Shown: one piece after another, positions 1 to 12,913 of the stretch
Position numbering within the stretch: position 1 is the stretch's first letter
How the letters are laid out: each line of letters begins with the position of its first letter
NCBI RefSeq assembly: GCF_964204645.1
Contig: NC_134034.1
Location: 124,001-188,000 of the forward strand
Source of the DNA: Tubulanus polymorphus
Taxonomy: Eukaryota > Animalia > Nemertea
DNA length: 64,000 bases
Direction of reading: 5' to 3'
The notes under the pieces: generated by a model
Database searches by the model: none
Seen by the model: only the letters and a program-made list of their open reading frames with translations
Told to the model about the DNA's origin: nothing
Program-made: the position numbers and the translations under genes

Positions 1-674
1 GATAATACTGTCAAGGTTGAAGGTTTGGTAATTTTTGGGATGGGTGACTCCGAGTAGAGTGGGATGGATTGCTCCGAGTAGAGTGGGATGTGAAGTTTGT
101 ATAGACAGCTTACTAGAAGCTTACCGCATACGAAGAGTGAGTTGTTTTATCCCAGATTATCGAAATCCTTCATTTCTAGTTTTCTGGTGAAAAAAAAACT
201 ACTCAAGATTTCCAGGAAAAATCGCGGATAAGAATTCGAGAAAAATATCCCTGTCGTTTCAAATCGTGCGGCTTTTATTGGAAACAAATCGAGTTCGAAT
301 CTGGGGATAGAATGGCTGAAATGTTTGCTGTAAAAAACGCGAAGCAACTTCTAATAAGAGTGTTCCCGACGATTCTAATGTGTGTTCCCGGCGTTTCTGA
401 GAAAATGGTTTTTTAAACGCGTCACGAGACGAGTGCAAAACAATATCATCCAGGGTCTCTTCACAATACAACAGACTAAAGTCGTAAAACGCACGAATCG
501 TTACTCGTAAATCGTATGTCTAATCACCGCGTTAAGAATCGAAATCTTCGACGAGTTTAAATTCGTTTTAGAAACTCGTAATTAAACAGGGTGAAAAACA
601 TGTCCGCCTCTATAATACACATCATAACAAACCGACCGGCATTAGCGGAACTTCTTATTCGAGCATCTTTGCAG

Positions 675-805
675 CCACAGTTCCCGGAGACACCCACTAT
701 GGTTGTCAAAGCCCCAAAGTTCCCGGAGACACCCACTTTTGTTGTCAAAGCCCCAATGTTCCCGGAGACACCCACTTTTGTATTCAAAGCCCCAAAGTTC
801 CCGCA
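675..805. repeat. 39-bp tandem repeat, ~3.4 copies
   Basis: Unit ccaaagttcccggagacacccacttttgttgtcaaagcc. Confidence 0.9.
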
Positions 806-1277
806 GATGTGATTGTGAAATGAACAATGACTGCTGTTTCCCCCGCGGCGGTGCGGTGGCACAGCAGCGGATAATAATGGATTCCGATACAGGAAACTAC
901 GGTTACTTCACTCTATGATTATCGCAACCCGGATAAATAACTAGGTGTGACACATATTGACGTGACGTCGACACGCCCAGTCGACACGCCCACCGTGTAG
1001 CAATTCCCCCTATGACATCATAACCGCTGATCTAACGAAACTAATTCAGGAAACACGTTGTTAGTGATATCTCTTGTGTCTAGCTAGTTTAATGACATCC
1101 ACCTATGACGTCACTAGTGCTAATTGTTACGGAGTTTGGTGGAGTCTACTGTCAAGTCGCGACTCGAAGCTTCTGAAAGAAAGTAGCGTTAAATCCCTGG
1201 AGGTTGATGAAACTCTATCCAAACCCATTAGTCTCCCTTACACAACCACATACCAATACTACTCCTTCACATAATCT

Positions 1278-1550
1278 GATGATGTCATAGGGGGATTTAT
1301 AGAGGCGGACATCTATCCTAGAAGTGTTTATAGCTCGAATTACATAGTAGACAATTCGATGATGTCATAGGGAGTTTTATGGAGGCGGACATCTTTTCTA
1401 TAAGTGTCTATAGATCAAATCACTAGTAGACAATTCGATGATGTCATAGGGAGTTTTATGGAGGCGGACATCTTTTCTATAAGTGTCTATAGATACAATC
1501 ACTAGTAGACAATTTGATGATGTCATAGGGTGATTTACGGAGGCGGATAC
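1278..1550. repeat. Tandem ~79-bp units of the dispersed GATGATGTCATAGGGGGAT repeat family
   Basis: gatgatgtcatagggg...ggaggcggacatcttttcta..agtgtctatagatcaaatcactagtagacaatt repeated ~3.5 times; the core motif recurs >30 times in the window. Confidence 0.85.
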
Positions 1551-1816
1551 TAATTCTTCAATTGATACGGCATATGACGTCATTGTCGTCTTGCGGCTAA
1601 AAATAGCCACTAATAAGATATTCATAGAATGAACGATCTTTCAGTTCATCATCAAACCTCAACCCACTGATAATTGACGGGCTTAGTTAACAGTGTGGAA
1701 CGGTTTAAAATGGTGGCTGGAACACTGGTGAGTTTAACCGTACCGGAGCTGACACCTAATACCGCATTAAGGCGACTGGATTGCCGACAATTACCAGCGC
1801 ACAGTCGCGCGATCGA

Positions 1817-1852
<36 letters not shown>

Positions 1853-1898
1853 GCTTATAGAGATCGAGCTTTAATTGCTTTCTTTAACCATACAACAA

Positions 1899-1930
<32 letters not shown>

Positions 1931-2130
1931 TTGGATATGATACCACTGTCTCGTTCTACCTCTATAATTCCCCCTATGACATCACCGAACTGTCTATTTG
2001 TCTATTGTAACAATGTTAAAGGGGTTATGGTGATATTCAGTCGTGTCGTCACAGTAACTGGAGACACCACTTTCAATCAATAATAATATAAACCAATAAC
2101 GACCCCTCCCCTCTAATCTCATATAGCAGA

Positions 2131-2197
2131 CAATACGATCCAATACGATCCAATACGATCCAATACGATCCAATACGATCCAATACGATCCAATACA
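2131..2197. repeat. 10-bp tandem repeat (caatacgatc)
   Basis: ~6.5 perfect copies. Confidence 0.9.
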
Positions 2198-2628
2198 ACA
2201 CCAGCAGCGTCTTAAACACACTTATTTATATTAGGTTAAAGGAAATCATGTTGTTTAACGCAGATGAATCACATCTACATCCGGTTTTATATTCTCTCAT
2301 TTCCGGTATATATCCACGGCTCGAACCGGAAATACACGTGACCATCCTCTTCCAAGCATCCACCAGGGGGCGTTTAGTGCATCGTAAGGGTTTTATGTAG
2401 GTAACCATCTCGTTTCATCATAGATGTGTGTGAGGGTCGGTCACGTGACAGCAGACATTGTAAGTGTAAGGTCAAGGTGACAGTAAATGATGAATGTGTT
2501 TTGGTTGAATCGGATTAATATAGATTTTACCTGGAAGCGACGACAAACACAATAAACTGACTCCGTCTGTCGACTCAACCCCCCACCTTCAGTTTTATCT
2601 AGTTCAGAAAGATATATAGCTCATAAAT

Positions 2629-2888
2629 CAGGGCCGTCGGAAGGAATATTTCAGCGGGGCGGCTATTGTTTATATTGATGATCTGATTGCCGCGCAGCTG
2701 TATTTCAAAAGGGTCTAGGGGTCCTCCCCCAAATGTTTTTTGATTTTCCCAAGCTCTGAGATTGACTCTGAGTGAATCTGGCTATGAAAATCATGGTATT
2801 CGTTACGAGAGGAAAGCACATTAAAAAAACATTTTTAGTTCAGCAACAAAGTGGGACGGCTGTGGCCGCCCCCGTTCCAACGGCCCTG
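2629..2888. mobile_element. Non-autonomous DNA transposon / MITE-like element
   Basis: Terminal inverted repeats CAGGGCCGT(c)GGAA ... TTCC(a)ACGGCCCTG; flanks taaat/taaac; no ORF. Confidence 0.65.
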
Positions 2889-3156
2889 TAAACTGAGGCT
2901 GTAGTTCTCACTCACTCACTCGACTCAACCTTCTGTTTTATCTAGTTCAGATGATTAGGGCTGCAGTTCCACACAGTTCTCGGTTATTTCTAAATGTTTA
3001 CCCCTGGAACCCTTAAAGAAAACACAAATTCAATTTTTCTGGAAACAGATATTGGGATACTACTAGTTCATCAGAATTGGGTAACAACGTTTTCAGTAGT
3101 TTTTCAGAATTGCAAAACCGTTTAAGTGGAGTTAGTACCCGCTGTATGGTGTCACA

Positions 3157-3300
3157 CCGTCAAGTGCTGCCCCTATGTGTATCATTAGCGGAGAAAATGT
3201 GAACTAGCTGAATTCCATAGTATTCCTACTGTGGCATATAGGCAGTAAGTTAGTTCATAGATTCACCGTTAATGATATGTATAGGGGCAGCACTTGACGG
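3157..3300. mobile_element. MITE-like hairpin with perfect 20-bp inverted repeats
   Basis: ccgtcaagtgctgcccctat (3157-3176) / ataggggcagcacttgacgg (3281-3300). Confidence 0.6.
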
Positions 3301-3427
3301 CGGTATAAATTTCGCGCAGATCGATTCCTACTATGGCATGCAAGTAATAGAGATTTCTTTTTCAAAATCTACAATAATGACATTCATCAAAATCGGTCAA
3401 AATCGGTGAAAACGTTAATTAGAGTAA

Positions 3428-3650
3428 ACTGTGGAACAGTGGAACTGGATCCACAGTGATTCATGGTGGAACAGTGAAACTGGATGGTTCAGGGTGGAAC
3501 AGTGGATCTGGATCCACAGTGATTCATGGTGGAACAGTGAAACTGGATGGTTCAGGGTGGAACAGTGGAACTGGATCCAATGATTCAGGGTGGAACAGTG
3601 GAACTGAATCCAGTGATTCAGGGTGGAACAGTGGAACTGGATCCAGTGAT
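3428..3650. repeat. Minisatellite of GTGGAAC(T/A)GGATCC motifs
   Basis: Degenerate tandem gtggaacagtggaactggatccagtgattca; related arrays at 4240-4345, 7400-7495, 28510-28585, 33175-33320, 61415-61495. Confidence 0.8.
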
Positions 3651-5007
3651 TTAGTGACCGACGACCGCCAACCATCGAGTTAATGATACTAATCAACGTT
3701 TACCGTCGATAATTAGCAATCGACGGTCGTTAACGTCTGCGACAATCTCGCGTATTTCCCGATCTCTCATCTGCTCGTCTCCGGTACCGGAAGTACGTAT
3801 CCCCCGTCGAATCGACAGAGTGAAATTAATAAATTTCCGGAGCCGCAAATTATCGAAAATTCCTTCTTTTCTCTCGACGCCAGAAACTAACAATTGTTTT
3901 TAATAAGCAATTTCTCACTCAAAAAGTAATCAATCAAAATTCAGCAGCAGCAGCAGCAGTGGCTGTGGAACCCTAACGGAGCAAGAAACATATTTCATCG
4001 AGTAGTTATGGAAATCATCTGGGGTTCTTCCCATAAACAACGGCCATAAATATAACATAAAACCAGCAGCGACCGAATTGAAATTAATGGCGTCATGAGA
4101 ATTTCAATTTCTAAAGAAATATGTAATTCAGACTTAATTAAATAATTCATACGATAACCCAATTTCACTCGGCTGCCACCTGGTGGCTCATCTCTATACT
4201 ACTGCTTGACTCATAGGCCTATTCCAAACCTAATGTGGAACTCAGAACTGTGGAACTGTGTCCCAGAGCTATGGGACTGGGTTCAGAACTGTGGAACTGG
4301 GTACAGAACTGTGGAACTGTGTTCAGAATTATGGAACTGGGTTCATTACTGTAGAACAATGTGGTGGTCGCAGGACTGGTTTGATGTGATGCTATTTTGT
4401 TGGGAGTTTACATGAAAACGCTTTTAACTGTGAGCGCACAGTTCGTGCACACGGCTCTCGCCGATCCACTGTTAATCCTCTTATTCACCTAAACACACAC
4501 AACAACCAACTCGATCATTAATCATTTCAAAATGATCCTATTATCGGTTTGTTTCGATATTTAGTTGACGTCTCGGCGCTAATTGCTCGCGAGAACGCTA
4601 TTGTTTTCATCTGTAGGCGTCATCATTCATTCCGTGCCCGACACGGCGCTGAGTCGCGTGCGTGCGCGCAGCCATGTGTCACCGCCGTATCGAGAAGTGA
4701 CTCATTAGGATGGGATTAAGACATAACCGTCGTCATCATCTCTCCTCGATCATAAACTAGTCACAGTAACAGTAACAATCTACTGGACTCGAACCAGTAT
4801 CAACCTAAACCATACTAATTCCAATGGCCCCCCTTACGTACAAGAACCACTTCCAGATGTCTCAAGATGGCCGCCTCTAGGTCCTTCCAGTAAACATGAC
4901 TACCTACCTGTACTGACGAGTCGAGGGTTCACGTTTCAGCATTAAATGTATTGTTTATCAATATATGTCACTCTATTTGTTAAATTATTGTTCATATATC
5001 TGCTAGC

Positions 5008-5413
5008 ACCGTGTGCGTTACCTGGTACCGCCACGCCCATGTGCGTTACCTGGTACCGCCACGCCCATGTGCGTTACCTGGTACCGACACGCCCGTGTGC
5101 GTTACCTGGTACCGACACGCCCGTGTGCGTTACCTGGTACCGCCACGCCCGTGTGCGTTACCTGGTACCGACACGCCCGTGTGCGTTACCTGGTACCGAC
5201 ACGCCCGTGTGCGTTACCTGGTACCGCCACGCCCATGTGCGTTACCTGGTACCGCCACGCCCATGTGCGTTACCTGGTACCGACACGCCCGTGTGCGTTA
5301 CCTGGTACCGACACGCCCGTGTGCGTTACCTGGTACCGCCACGCCCGTGTGCGTTACCTGGTACCGACACGCCCGTGTGCGTTACCTGGTACCGACACGC
5401 CCGTGTGCGTTAC
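5008..5413. repeat. 28-bp minisatellite, ~14.5 copies
   Basis: Unit gtgcgttacctggtaccg(a/c)cacgccc(g/a)t; explains the three overlapping ORFs at 4946-5509. Confidence 0.95.
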
Positions 5414-6003
5414 CCATCAAATATAATACACGCCCTAATAATCAGTAAAAACAATTCGTATTTAGTCGCGAATATTACGAGTTTTTGGCCGTTTTTACAA
5501 CAGAATTAGAGACACTTGTATCCAAGGCCTAGATATTTTTGATAGCTTAGACTGATCTTACGTAGGATCTCGACTATGGGACGTGTTCATCGATTCATTG
5601 AGTTGGGGGGGGGGGGTTGGGAGGAGATGGAATGCTAGTTTTATCTTTCGGTAAATTGTTTCTCATAATTGTATAATATATAAAACTTGCTCGTTTACGA
5701 GATGATGAGATATGATATAATTACGAGGCTAACTGCGCATATAAACTGTATGTGATCGACGCTCTATTCGTAGTGGTATTCTATATCGTAACATTAAGCA
5801 TATCCTGTATCTGTCATACAAACTGCAATTAGTAAAACATATTCTTTCCCTCCCCCCGTTTACAGACACCTGCCTGGCTGCCTGATTGCCTTATTTGCTT
5901 CGATGTAATTATCTGATTTTTATTCTCATCATCAAATATTGTTTTATTAATGCGATAAATTTTCTTGTTAACAACGTTTTAGTAAATGACCTAAAACAGG
6001 AAG

Positions 6004-6196
6004 AACCTGACAGCCAGATACAGCCTGTCACAGCCTGTCACAGCCAGATACAGCCTGTCACAGGCTGACACAGCCAGATACAGCCTGTCACAGCCTGTCA
6101 CAGGCTGACACAGCCAGACACAGCCTGATACAGCCTGTCACAGCCAGATACAGCCTGTCACAGGCTGACACAGCCTGACACAGCCTGACACAGCCA
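6004..6196. repeat. 10-bp minisatellite (cagcctgaca variants)
   Basis: ~19 copies. Confidence 0.9.
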
Positions 6197-8494
6197 TCAG
6201 GTTTGAATCCCTGCCGAGGGAGGAACGTGGCAGAGTCTCAGGTTTATTTGGTCTGTTCTGGGTGGCTGCATTGACCAATTAATATTTCAAAGTTTCACGG
6301 AGTTGAAAGTGACGACACAGTCAGCAGCCACGATACGTGGACCGGGTTTTGTGAATTTCAAGCAAGCCTTTGATGTTGTGTCCTTGTGGATTGGACCAAT
6401 AACGTCACGGTTAACACCTACCAGTCCTCAGTGAGGGTCGTGAACAGCTCAGGTCGCGACGAGGGTGACGCTTCAGATGATACTCACAGATTGAACCGTC
6501 ATTTAAAAGTCTTAGAGCATCTTTCATTCAGTTGTGTTGAGACGATATTCATTGGTCATTTCACTGATTGCTGCTTGTTGTTCCTAATCAAAGGTAATTC
6601 ATGCATTGTGTTTACATCAGACACAACACTCCCCCCTCACCCCCCCCCCCCCATCACTCCCAATTCTCCACTCCCTGTCTGATAGAGAATTGAGCAACAC
6701 TACTAGAATTCTAGCAAACCTGCTCTTCCTCCCCATCCCCCTCTCCCTCCCCTCCCCTCTCTCTTTCCCTCTGTCTGGAAAAAGACGATCTAAAACAGTA
6801 ATTGCTCGATGATGCATTTTCCGTCGTTGAGAGATTTTCTGAAGAAAAAGGAGAACAGCAATTCTAGGAATTTCGGCGTCAATTCATAATTCCCGCGAAT
6901 AGAACGCGCGCCGCTATCAACACAAACACATCAACATCAAACAGATTTCACTCTTACAGGGAATCACTGGTCGTCATCAGTCGACGCTCGCTCCTCACTA
7001 GGTTCACTCAGCCCTCATTCTGTTTCTTAGTAATTACGGGCTCGTCGTAATCTGGGCAGATCGGATTTCACGTTCGGGGTGTTTACAACTGCGGGAACGA
7101 CGAAATGGTGAAACCCGAATTGGCGCTCATTCGATAGAAAGTAATCATGAAGGATGTAGTGGAGGGAAGGAGTATGTCAGCCTGTGATTGCATCACCAGC
7201 AGACGACACTTCTCACAGTATTATTGATCACAAACATCAAACACATTACTTTACTTTTTTCTTCCCCCCAGTGAAGTTACTTTAAGATGTATTTTCGGCT
7301 TATGAGGGGCGTGAGGGGAGGGGTTGAGGGGAGGTGTTGAGGTGGGAGCATCAATCATCGCCAGTTTGTCTTTACATCGCGGCTTCTCGTTATAGGGCTG
7401 AATCCAGTTCCACAGTACACGACCTATGTCCACAGTTCTGGATCCAGTTCCACAGTTCTGGATCCAGTTCCACAGTTCTGGGTCCAGTTCCACAGAACAT
7501 TGTTCAAAATGTGACCCTATAGAATAACTTTGACTTTAGACTCACAGTGTTTGATGTGGCTGAGACTACACGTCATCAGAGTAACCCCCCCCCCCCCCCC
7601 CCCCCCCGGGAATAATCACGTACCTGGGCTCAGTTAATCCTAGATATCGGTAGGTGAAAACATGAAAAACCTCAGATATTGTGTGATTACAGAGATTGTT
7701 TGTTTGTTATTTTGCTCTAGTTGTTTTAAACCTCATATTGTTCCACTACTTGGCTGCAGATTATAAAACCCGCTGTGACGTCAAATCGAGGTCGGATGAT
7801 TATCTAATCAACCTTAAAAGTAGCGCGTGTTCAGAAAGTCTGACGGTCGCCGTTTATTATCAACCTAATCACACCGCATCGAAACTAGTTCACCTTGCGC
7901 GTTGAAAGTTAAATCCGATATTTTCATTAGAACTTGAGACTCTCAAAGCGACGAAAAAAACATCTTAATCAGGGAAACCTATTATTTATCGGAGCTGTTG
8001 GTTTTTATTCGATGTTTTCTGGTGGTGTTGGGTTTAATTATGCTTTCATCAGTTCTATGGCATCGGTGGCGATATCGCAGATTCCATCCTGCGAGCCACC
8101 GCAGCCGCAGATTGCTGATAAACATCGCAGATTTTCTCGCACTCGAATCCAATCGACTTTGCGACCTATTTTTCCGCGCGCACGTGCAAGGATCCCCCTC
8201 AACCGGCGATGATTAAAAGATTCTTTTACAAATAAATTGATTAATTTCGATTCCAGAAAAAATGAGAGATTTTTGTGACTTCTTCGTTTTATGTCCTTTG
8301 AAAATAAGAACTATGTGAACCACGTGACTGACTGGGGTCTAGGGGCGTGTCATCGTCGCTAAAGCTGTCACTCGACGTAACGTTCAGTTTGTGGCGTCAA
8401 ATGAGGACATTCGAATCCATAGTGCGCCCCCTGGTGGTATATTTCGACTCTAGTTTTGATTATTTACATAATGTGTTTTGTTATGTTTTTACAG

Positions 8495-11400
8495 ATGGCA
8501 GATATTGTAATCAGACCTGGGATGAGTTTATGTGCTGGCCAACTGCACCCGGTAACACTACTATCAGCCAATCGTGTCCTCCGAAACTATTCCCGAAAAT
8601 CAGCAAATCAGGTCAGTATCCCCCTATGACGTCATCTTATTCACTTACTATCTGATATTTTTATTTGTCGACCTCCTATGAACCCCCCTATGACATCATA
8701 AAGAATCTTGCTGCCTCCTTAAGAGATATCTATCAATGTTTAGGATTGTAGCGCCACTATCGGTGGTATCGTGTACTAACTCACAGACGTACCCGATCTG
8801 ATTTTTGTCGCGCGGTGACAAGGTTGAACAAACACGAGCTCAATGATAAATTATCGCCTTCAGCAAAAAACAATATCAACTTTCGATATAATCAGAATGT
8901 GTCGCTAACGGCCGCGCGTTCTCACGAATCTCCCTATCGGTATTCATATTTGTTCAGCCTGCAACCAAATTCGGTAGAGGTTAATTTGAGTTTCGATCTG
9001 AACAGACACGAGTGACCCCTGGTGACTAGAACAGATATTGGGGTTCTCAGCTAGCTGCCCTCACAGCTGTAGCGACCCCTGGTGAGTAGAACAGACACTA
9101 CGATTCTTAGCGAACTGCCCTCTCAGCTGGAGTGACCCCTGGTGAGTAGAACAGACACTACGATTCTTAGCGAACTACCCTCTCAGCTGGAGTGACCCCT
9201 GGTGAGGAGAACAGACACTACGGTTCTCGGAAATGTCCTGGGAGTTCTGGGAGTTGCCGATAGTATTTAACCTAGAAATAGTGTCTAGGTCGTTTAAGTG
9301 AAGGTCACGATGCGCTGCGCCATACATCTTTCTACTGTCGTCTGTTTACAATATTCATACGACCCTCGGGACACATTCTTACCGACAAAACTAATGACAT
9401 ACATAAACACTTACATAGATTGTACTTGAGCTGAAATAACGAGAGATTTCTCTGTTATAAATATTTCAATAAGAACCGAATCCCTCTCGACTCTCTATAA
9501 CTGCAACGCGACGTCATTCGACGCTGTTTGACCCTAAAGCAGTGAATGGACTATTTTTTTGACTGGTAAACATTAAGTAGTTCCGGTAACACTCGACTCG
9601 GCGCGCAGCGGCGCTTGTCTCGAATCTGGTGAGACCGATAAATCTTCTCTCTTCTCATGCGAGTAGTGAATTCCAGTGGAGGGATCATATAAATCGTTGT
9701 TGGAAAGTATTGAAGATTTTTTTGTCAGCGGGGCACGCGATAATCCGCCGAGCTGAGCTGAGTGTCTGACTGTAATAGTTCGGTAGCCCGGTATACTATG
9801 CGGGGGGGAAGTTTACGGGTTTAGTTTGGGCTCCGATGATGGCGACTGTAGCCGATTTGTTAGCTATACGCTGGTTTAATGCCCATTATTGGTCGTACTA
9901 ATAGTATCAGTAAGACCAGGAATCCGTTGTTTATGGCCATTACTCGATCGTGTTCCTCATACTCAGCTCCTTCCCAATCGGAAATTCACTGTTAATCATC
10001 GACCAGACGACAGGCACGCGTCATAGGCATAACAATCCATTCCTCACTCACTCTCTCCTCCAACCCATTACTCACTCACTCTCTCCTCCAACCCATTCCT
10101 CACTCACTCTCTCCTCCAACCCATTCCTCACTCACTCTCTCCTCCAACCCATTCCTCACTCACTCTCTCCTCCAACCCATTCCTCACTCTCTCCTCCAAT
10201 CCATTCCTCACTCACTCTCTCCTCCAATCCATTCCTCACTCACTCCTCCAATCCATTCCTCACTCACTCTCTCCTCCAACCCATTCCTCACTCTCTCCTC
10301 CAATCCATTCCTCACTCACTCTCTCCTCCAATCCATTCCTCACTCACTCTCTCCTCCAATCCATTCCTCACTCACTCCTCCAATCCATTCCTCACTCACT
10401 CTTTCCTCAGCCTTACACAATCAACGAATTGTAGGCGGCAGCACCGTTTGCTAGTACACACACTCTTACTGCGGTTAATCGAGGATCTGCTGGTGGCGCT
10501 AGTGTACACACGGTTATACTGCGGTTTATCAAGGATCCGCTGGGGGGCGCTAGTGTGAATGAAGTCACATTATAATTCTGCATTTTGTTCGTTTAACAGT
10601 AAAAGCAACTAAAGCTTGTGCTGCGGATGGTCGCTGGGGTCTGAATGGATGGACGAACTATACTGACTGTATTCGAGCCGCTATGCCTACTGTAAGTATT
10701 TATTACAGCTACATCTCTCGCTGTAACGATCATTTCTGATCCAAGAATGTTTATTGATGTGTTTTAATATTTTGAAGGTAACGACTGTATTCCTGCCTCC
10801 ACCGGACGGAACTCTACTTGGTGTACTTACATTCATTTACTATATAGGCTGTTCCATATCGCTGCTCATGCTCGCTATTACTATGTTCATATTTTGTTAT
10901 TTCAAGTACGTGTGAATTATTTACCGAATTCTCGGAGTTAAATTGATAAGAATTTTACCGATTCTAAACTTAGAAACAGTCTCTACACAGCCTGGAACCA
11001 TCCTCTCGATCACATATAGAATGCATAGTCAAGTGACGTAGTTTTGGTACTGTGAATGGCTAAGGTTAAATACCACATGGTGGTCAGTTGAGCCGAGGCT
11101 GAGGAGGTGAAGGGCCAAGAGAGGAGGTGAAGGGCCCAGAGAGGAGATGAAGGGCCAAGAGAGGAGGTGAAGGGCCCAGAGAGGAGGTGAAGGGCCCAGA
11201 GAGGAGGTGAAGGGCCCAGAGAGGAGGTGAAGGGCCCAGAGAGGAGGTGAAGGGCCCAGAGAGGAGGTGAAGGGCCCAGAGAGGAGGTGGAGGGCCCAGA
11301 GAGGAGGTGAAGGGCCCAGAGAGGAGGTGAAGGGCCCAGAGAGGAGGTGAAGGGCCCAGAGAGGAGGTGAAGGGCCCAGAGAGGAGGTGAAGGGCCCAGA

Positions 11401-12873
11401 GAGGAGGTGAAGGGCCCAGAGAGGAGGTGAAGGGCCCAGAGACTTCAACTCTACCCGGACTGGTTTAAAACCTGTCGAATTATTGTATGTTTCAGATCGT
11501 TACATTGCAGTCGTATCACGATTCATCAACATTTAGTGATGTCATTTATTATTCGTTTTACTCTAACGATCATCACAATGACTGTGCATATGAACAGTTC
11601 ACAGTATATCATCGGAATAGTGAGTATTGTAAACATCCGCCCGCCCACCCGTCCGTACAAACACTCTATATCCGTGACACCTTCATTAGAAATATTCAAA
11701 ACAAAATTTACATAATCAAAATAATAACGCAATAGTGAATATTGTAAACACCCACCCACCACCGGTACAAACATTCAATATCCGCGACACCTTCTATCAA
11801 TAAACGATTTGCATAATTGCATTAGATTTGCATAATTAAACGAATTACGCGTGAATTTAACGGTTAAACGGTATTAAAACGGGTTGAGATGTCACCACAC
11901 GTCTGTCTGTCTGTTCGTCGATCTCTAACTCCCCCTCCTCCTCCAGAATCGAGATGTTGTTTTCATCTCGTCATAAAATGGCGGAGAAACGGGAGATATT
12001 TTTCTAAGAAGAGGATATTGTTTTCTCGCTGTACTGCTCACGTGACTACTTTTCTCGGTATGAATTACATCTGTGTTAATCCACAGCGAGACGAGCGGAG
12101 AGAGGAAGGAGAGAGAGAGGAAGGAGAGGAAGAGCTGGCGGAACTGTAATTCTCAGTCAGCATTAGATGAGATTCTCTGATTGTTGGTTAATCCACAGCG
12201 AGACGAGCGGAGAGAGGAAGGAGAGAGAGAGAGGATGGAGAGGAGAGAGAGGATGGAGAGAGAGAGGAAGGAGAGGAAGAGCTGGCGGAACTGTAATTCT
12301 CAGTCAGCATTAGATGAGATTCTCTGATTGTTGGTGTTTTCTATTAATCACGTGATGCGCGCGCGCTGTTTACAATCATTATTAATGGCGGCACCGCCGA
12401 CGCTTTCTCGAGATGATGGTGACGTAGCACGGATAGTTCGACGAGTAACGTCACGAGCGTCGGCGGTGGTTTTATTGGTATACGTCTTTCTCGAGATGAT
12501 GGTGACAGAACCGATGACTTGACGCCGCTTAATGTCACAATATGTTTTTATTACTATAAGTCGAGGTGGTGGTTGACACGGCGCCGAGTACTGTGGCGAG
12601 TGCGGTTTTTTATATCCGCGTTCCCGAGAAATGAAAGTGACGTAGCGCTGTATCGCTTTCTCGAGAGGATGGCGACACGGCCGCTGCCATCGGGGCTGTT
12701 GTTAATTAGCAGGTGACGGAGACCGAATAATTTCTCGTCTCACGGAATTACTAAGCGCAGCTCGAAAACGATCGAGATAAATTCTGCCGATGTTTTTATT
12801 CGCGAACAAGGATTTATAATTTCCGATCTGACGCGCGCGGTATCGTTTGAACATCTGCGCTCTCGTGCGTGAG

Positions 12874-12913
<40 letters not shown>

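Noticed and set aside
591-918. PKFPETPT repeat ORF and CDCEMNNDCC peptide as a GPCR N-terminus or somatomedin-B domain
   Set aside because: Derived from a 39-bp repeat; Cys spacing does not fit; no signal peptide or convincing exon.
4946-5509. Three Cys-containing ORFs
   Set aside because: 28-bp minisatellite artefact.
6340-6390. FVNFKQAFDVV resembling a LINE reverse-transcriptase motif
   Set aside because: Too short; flanking sequence does not extend the similarity.
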